Shown piece by piece: positions 59,422 through 60,963 of a DNA stretch of 60,963 nucleotides. Positions within the stretch are counted from its first letter, which is position 1, and every line of letters begins with the position of its first letter. A program made the position numbers and the translations under genes. Under the pieces are notes generated by a model, which worked only from the letters and a program-made list of their open reading frames with translations, was not told the DNA's origin and did not search any database. This stretch comes from an uncultured archaeon (GTDB lineage Archaea; Asgardarchaeota; Lokiarchaeia; Sigyniarchaeales; SOKP01). The stretch is from the NCBI GenBank assembly GCA_964493385.1, contig CAZBNW010000005.1, positions 1 through 60,963 of the forward strand. Direction: 5' to 3'.

Positions 59422-60963
59422 TCAGAAATGTTTTGCCCATCGAGAAAATCCGATATCAAATCGATATAAATTTTCTTGAACATTTTTTGTTTTAATTGGA
59501 TCATTCCAAATCAATTTTAGCATAACAAATTTTTCATCAGGAATTTTAAAGTTTACTTGACCAATTTCTTTAATACTATCTGGTTCAAGAAAACATAAAT
59601 GGTTACCTTCTTTGATTACCTTCTTTTTTGGTGTTAATAATTTCCAACTAAGGTTAACATTACTTACCAGATTCCAATAATCATTGCATATATAAATATA
59701 AGATTGAAATATTTCACCATGTTTGTATACTTTTTTTGGCCAATCTACCATAGCATAAATTGATTCAAATGCATTTTTAATTACATAATACCCTTTTTTA
59801 GGTGTACGATAAAAATCAATTATAGACCAAGTAATAGAAGGGAAGCAATCAATACCTAAAAATGTAATAAGACCCGCAAGGGGTCTATATTTAATTTGAC
59901 GAAACATTTCAGTTGTGGCTTTTAAGCATTCAGCCTGCCATTCTTGAGTTGTCCTAATATATTCTTCTAGAGATTCACATTGATTTACTTTAATCCATTT
60001 TTTTTGAACTTTTTTTTGAAAACAGTGATTTTTCTCTAATGAAATCCACCAATCTTGAGGAGGTGGCCATAATATGGGATCAGGATAAAATTTTCTAAAA
60101 TTTTCTAAAATTGGGAAGGCTTGTGCTCCGTATTCAGTCACAAAACGAGCTTTATCTCTTAATTTTCCATTAAGCCCCCACCATTTAATATGATATCGAT
60201 AATCTTTCTTATGATTTCCATTATACCAACCAGCATAATAATGAAAATCAGTATAGAATTTTTTAAATTCAAATATTTTCTTGTTTAATTTTGGAGAGCG
60301 AAAAATTGTAAATGGTAATTCACAAATACCGGAATAAGGTAAGATTATATTTTGCCCATTTTCAATTTCCTTTATTAATAGATACAATTCAGGATCAAGT
60401 TTTACACTATTAGAATTAAAAAATAATCCAAACGGATAGAGATCAAAATATTTTCCTGTTATCCATAAAATGAATATGAATAAGCTAATTCCAAGAATAA
60501 AACTAAATAATCCAGAGATAATTGGTAAAGAAATTATTGAAGTTAAGAAATTAAAAAATGAAATTCCTAGCCATAAAGAAAAAAGAACTGATATAATAAA
60601 GAGAAAAGAAGAATATTTAACTATTTTCATATTAGGGGCGAAAAATGGTTCATTATGCGCACACCATATAGCAATAGAAGGATGGGATTGGTATGTTTTT
60701 ATAGCAATTTCTGCCTGTCTTTTTATTTCAAGAAAAACTTTTTTACTGTAAACCCATTGTAACGGTAAGTCTTGCCAAAGAATAAACCCTTCTTCATCAC
60801 ATGCTTCATAAAACTCTGGACGGGAGAGATGTGCATGAACTCGTAAACAATTCATATTTGCATTTTTAAATAGTTTTAGATCTTTCAAAAAGTCGTTTTT
60901 AGTAGCGATTGCTAATCTTTGCCAAGGGGGATAATTTGTGCCCTTTATGAAGAATCTATGTTT
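59422..60963 (-). CDS. GH2-family glycoside hydrolase (beta-mannosidase/galactosidase-like), C-terminal part; N-terminus beyond the right window edge
   Basis: The frame stays open to the window end (KHRFFIKGTNYPPWQRL...NMNCLRVHAH...CDEEGFILWQD...IWCAHNEP...FVTEYGAQAFP). Both catalytic Glu contexts of the GH2 TIM barrel are present. Confidence 0.75.
   Translation of the reverse strand, partial: KHRFFIKGTNYPPWQRLAIATKNDFLKDLKLFKNANMNCLRVHAHLSRPEFYEACDEEGFILWQDLPLQWVYSKKVFLEIKRQAEIAIKTYQSHPSIAIWCAHNEPFFAPNMKIVKYSSFLFIISVLFSLWLGISFFNFLTSIISLPIISGLFSFILGISLFIFILWITGKYFDLYPFGLFFNSNSVKLDPELYLLIKEIENGQNIILPYSGICELPFTIFRSPKLNKKIFEFKKFYTDFHYYAGWYNGNHKKDYRYHIKWWGLNGKLRDKARFVTEYGAQAFPILENFRKFYPDPILWPPPQDWWISLEKNHCFQKKVQKKWIKVNQCESLEEYIRTTQEWQAECLKATTEMFRQIKYRPLAGLITFLGIDCFPSITWSIIDFYRTPKKGYYVIKNAFESIYAMVDWPKKVYKHGEIFQSYIYICNDYWNLVSNVNLSWKLLTPKKKVIKEGNHLCFLEPDSIKEIGQVNFKIPDEKFVMLKLIWNDPIKTKNVQENLYRFDIGFSRWAKHF

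Noticed and set aside
90-60751. Many 60-130-aa ORFs in the track lie antisense to or inside larger genes: 90-293, 6029-6256, 7931-8200, 8475-8681, 9161-9376, 13248-13478, 16828-17085, 18885-19226, 21379-21645, 24787-25073, 25430-25756, 26505-26813, 30904-31236, 31381-31707, 32422-32607, 32652-32852, 37624-37890, 47795-48022, 48727-48915, 49355-49606, 49912-50301, 51107-51298, 53249-53470, 54339-54521, 57704-57910, 57944-58132, 58685-58882, 60470-60751.
   Set aside because: Each is fully embedded opposite a long ORF that has clear family motifs. Their translations are low-complexity mirror images (Ser/Ile/Phe/Leu-rich), as expected from an AT-rich coding strand. There is no independent support.
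1-60963. Search for tRNA/rRNA genes, CRISPR arrays, riboswitch-like leaders (pur operon, glmS) and long inverted repeats in the intergenic regions.
   Set aside because: All intergenic regions are short (mostly under 370 bp) and uniformly AT-rich. They lack the GC-rich stems that structured RNAs show in low-GC archaea. No spaced direct repeats were seen. The visual scan cannot exclude small sRNAs.

Overview
AT-rich (about 30% GC) archaeal chromosome segment. The A-type ATP synthase, RadA, EndA, archaeal-type GlmU and the lysine/asparagine/isoleucine-rich proteins fit an Asgard (Lokiarchaeia-like) or similar low-GC archaeon; that assignment is inference only. Genes are tightly packed. In order: purL/purQ/purS/purC; small enzymes; an FGGY kinase + CCG Fe-S protein + FAD oxidase operon; a UDP-GlcNAc module (glmM, nagB-like, glmS, glmU-like) with a GH13 enzyme; a 2-hydroxyacyl-CoA dehydratase-like cluster (activase, beta-like, two tandem alpha-like paralogs); two VIT1-like transporters; a full A1Ao ATP synthase operon (K-C-H-F-E-A-B-D-I) followed by a zinc-ribbon membrane protein and a second, diverged atpA paralog; a 3.3-kb four-gene insert; endA, MEMO-like, PfkB kinase, three OsmC-like paralogs, radA; and a sugar block (degenerate PMM/PGM-like, GH57, Gfo/Idh/MocA, GH4, frameshifted MFS, GH2). 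I found no tRNA, rRNA or CRISPR array. The best lead is the insert at 39365-42648. It is bracketed by a 68-bp direct repeat that duplicates the 3' end of endA, and it encodes two paralogous small membrane peptides, a SAM methyltransferase with a helical-repeat tail, and a radical SAM/SPASM enzyme. This looks like a RiPP-like peptide-modification cassette with an integration footprint and no integrase. Other leads: atpA2 carries GER->GEP in the catalytic loop; atpC, atpE and atpD have conserved N-termini upstream of any canonical start codon; the PMM/PGM paralog has lost its catalytic motifs; a GH2 barrel carries a transmembrane hairpin insertion.
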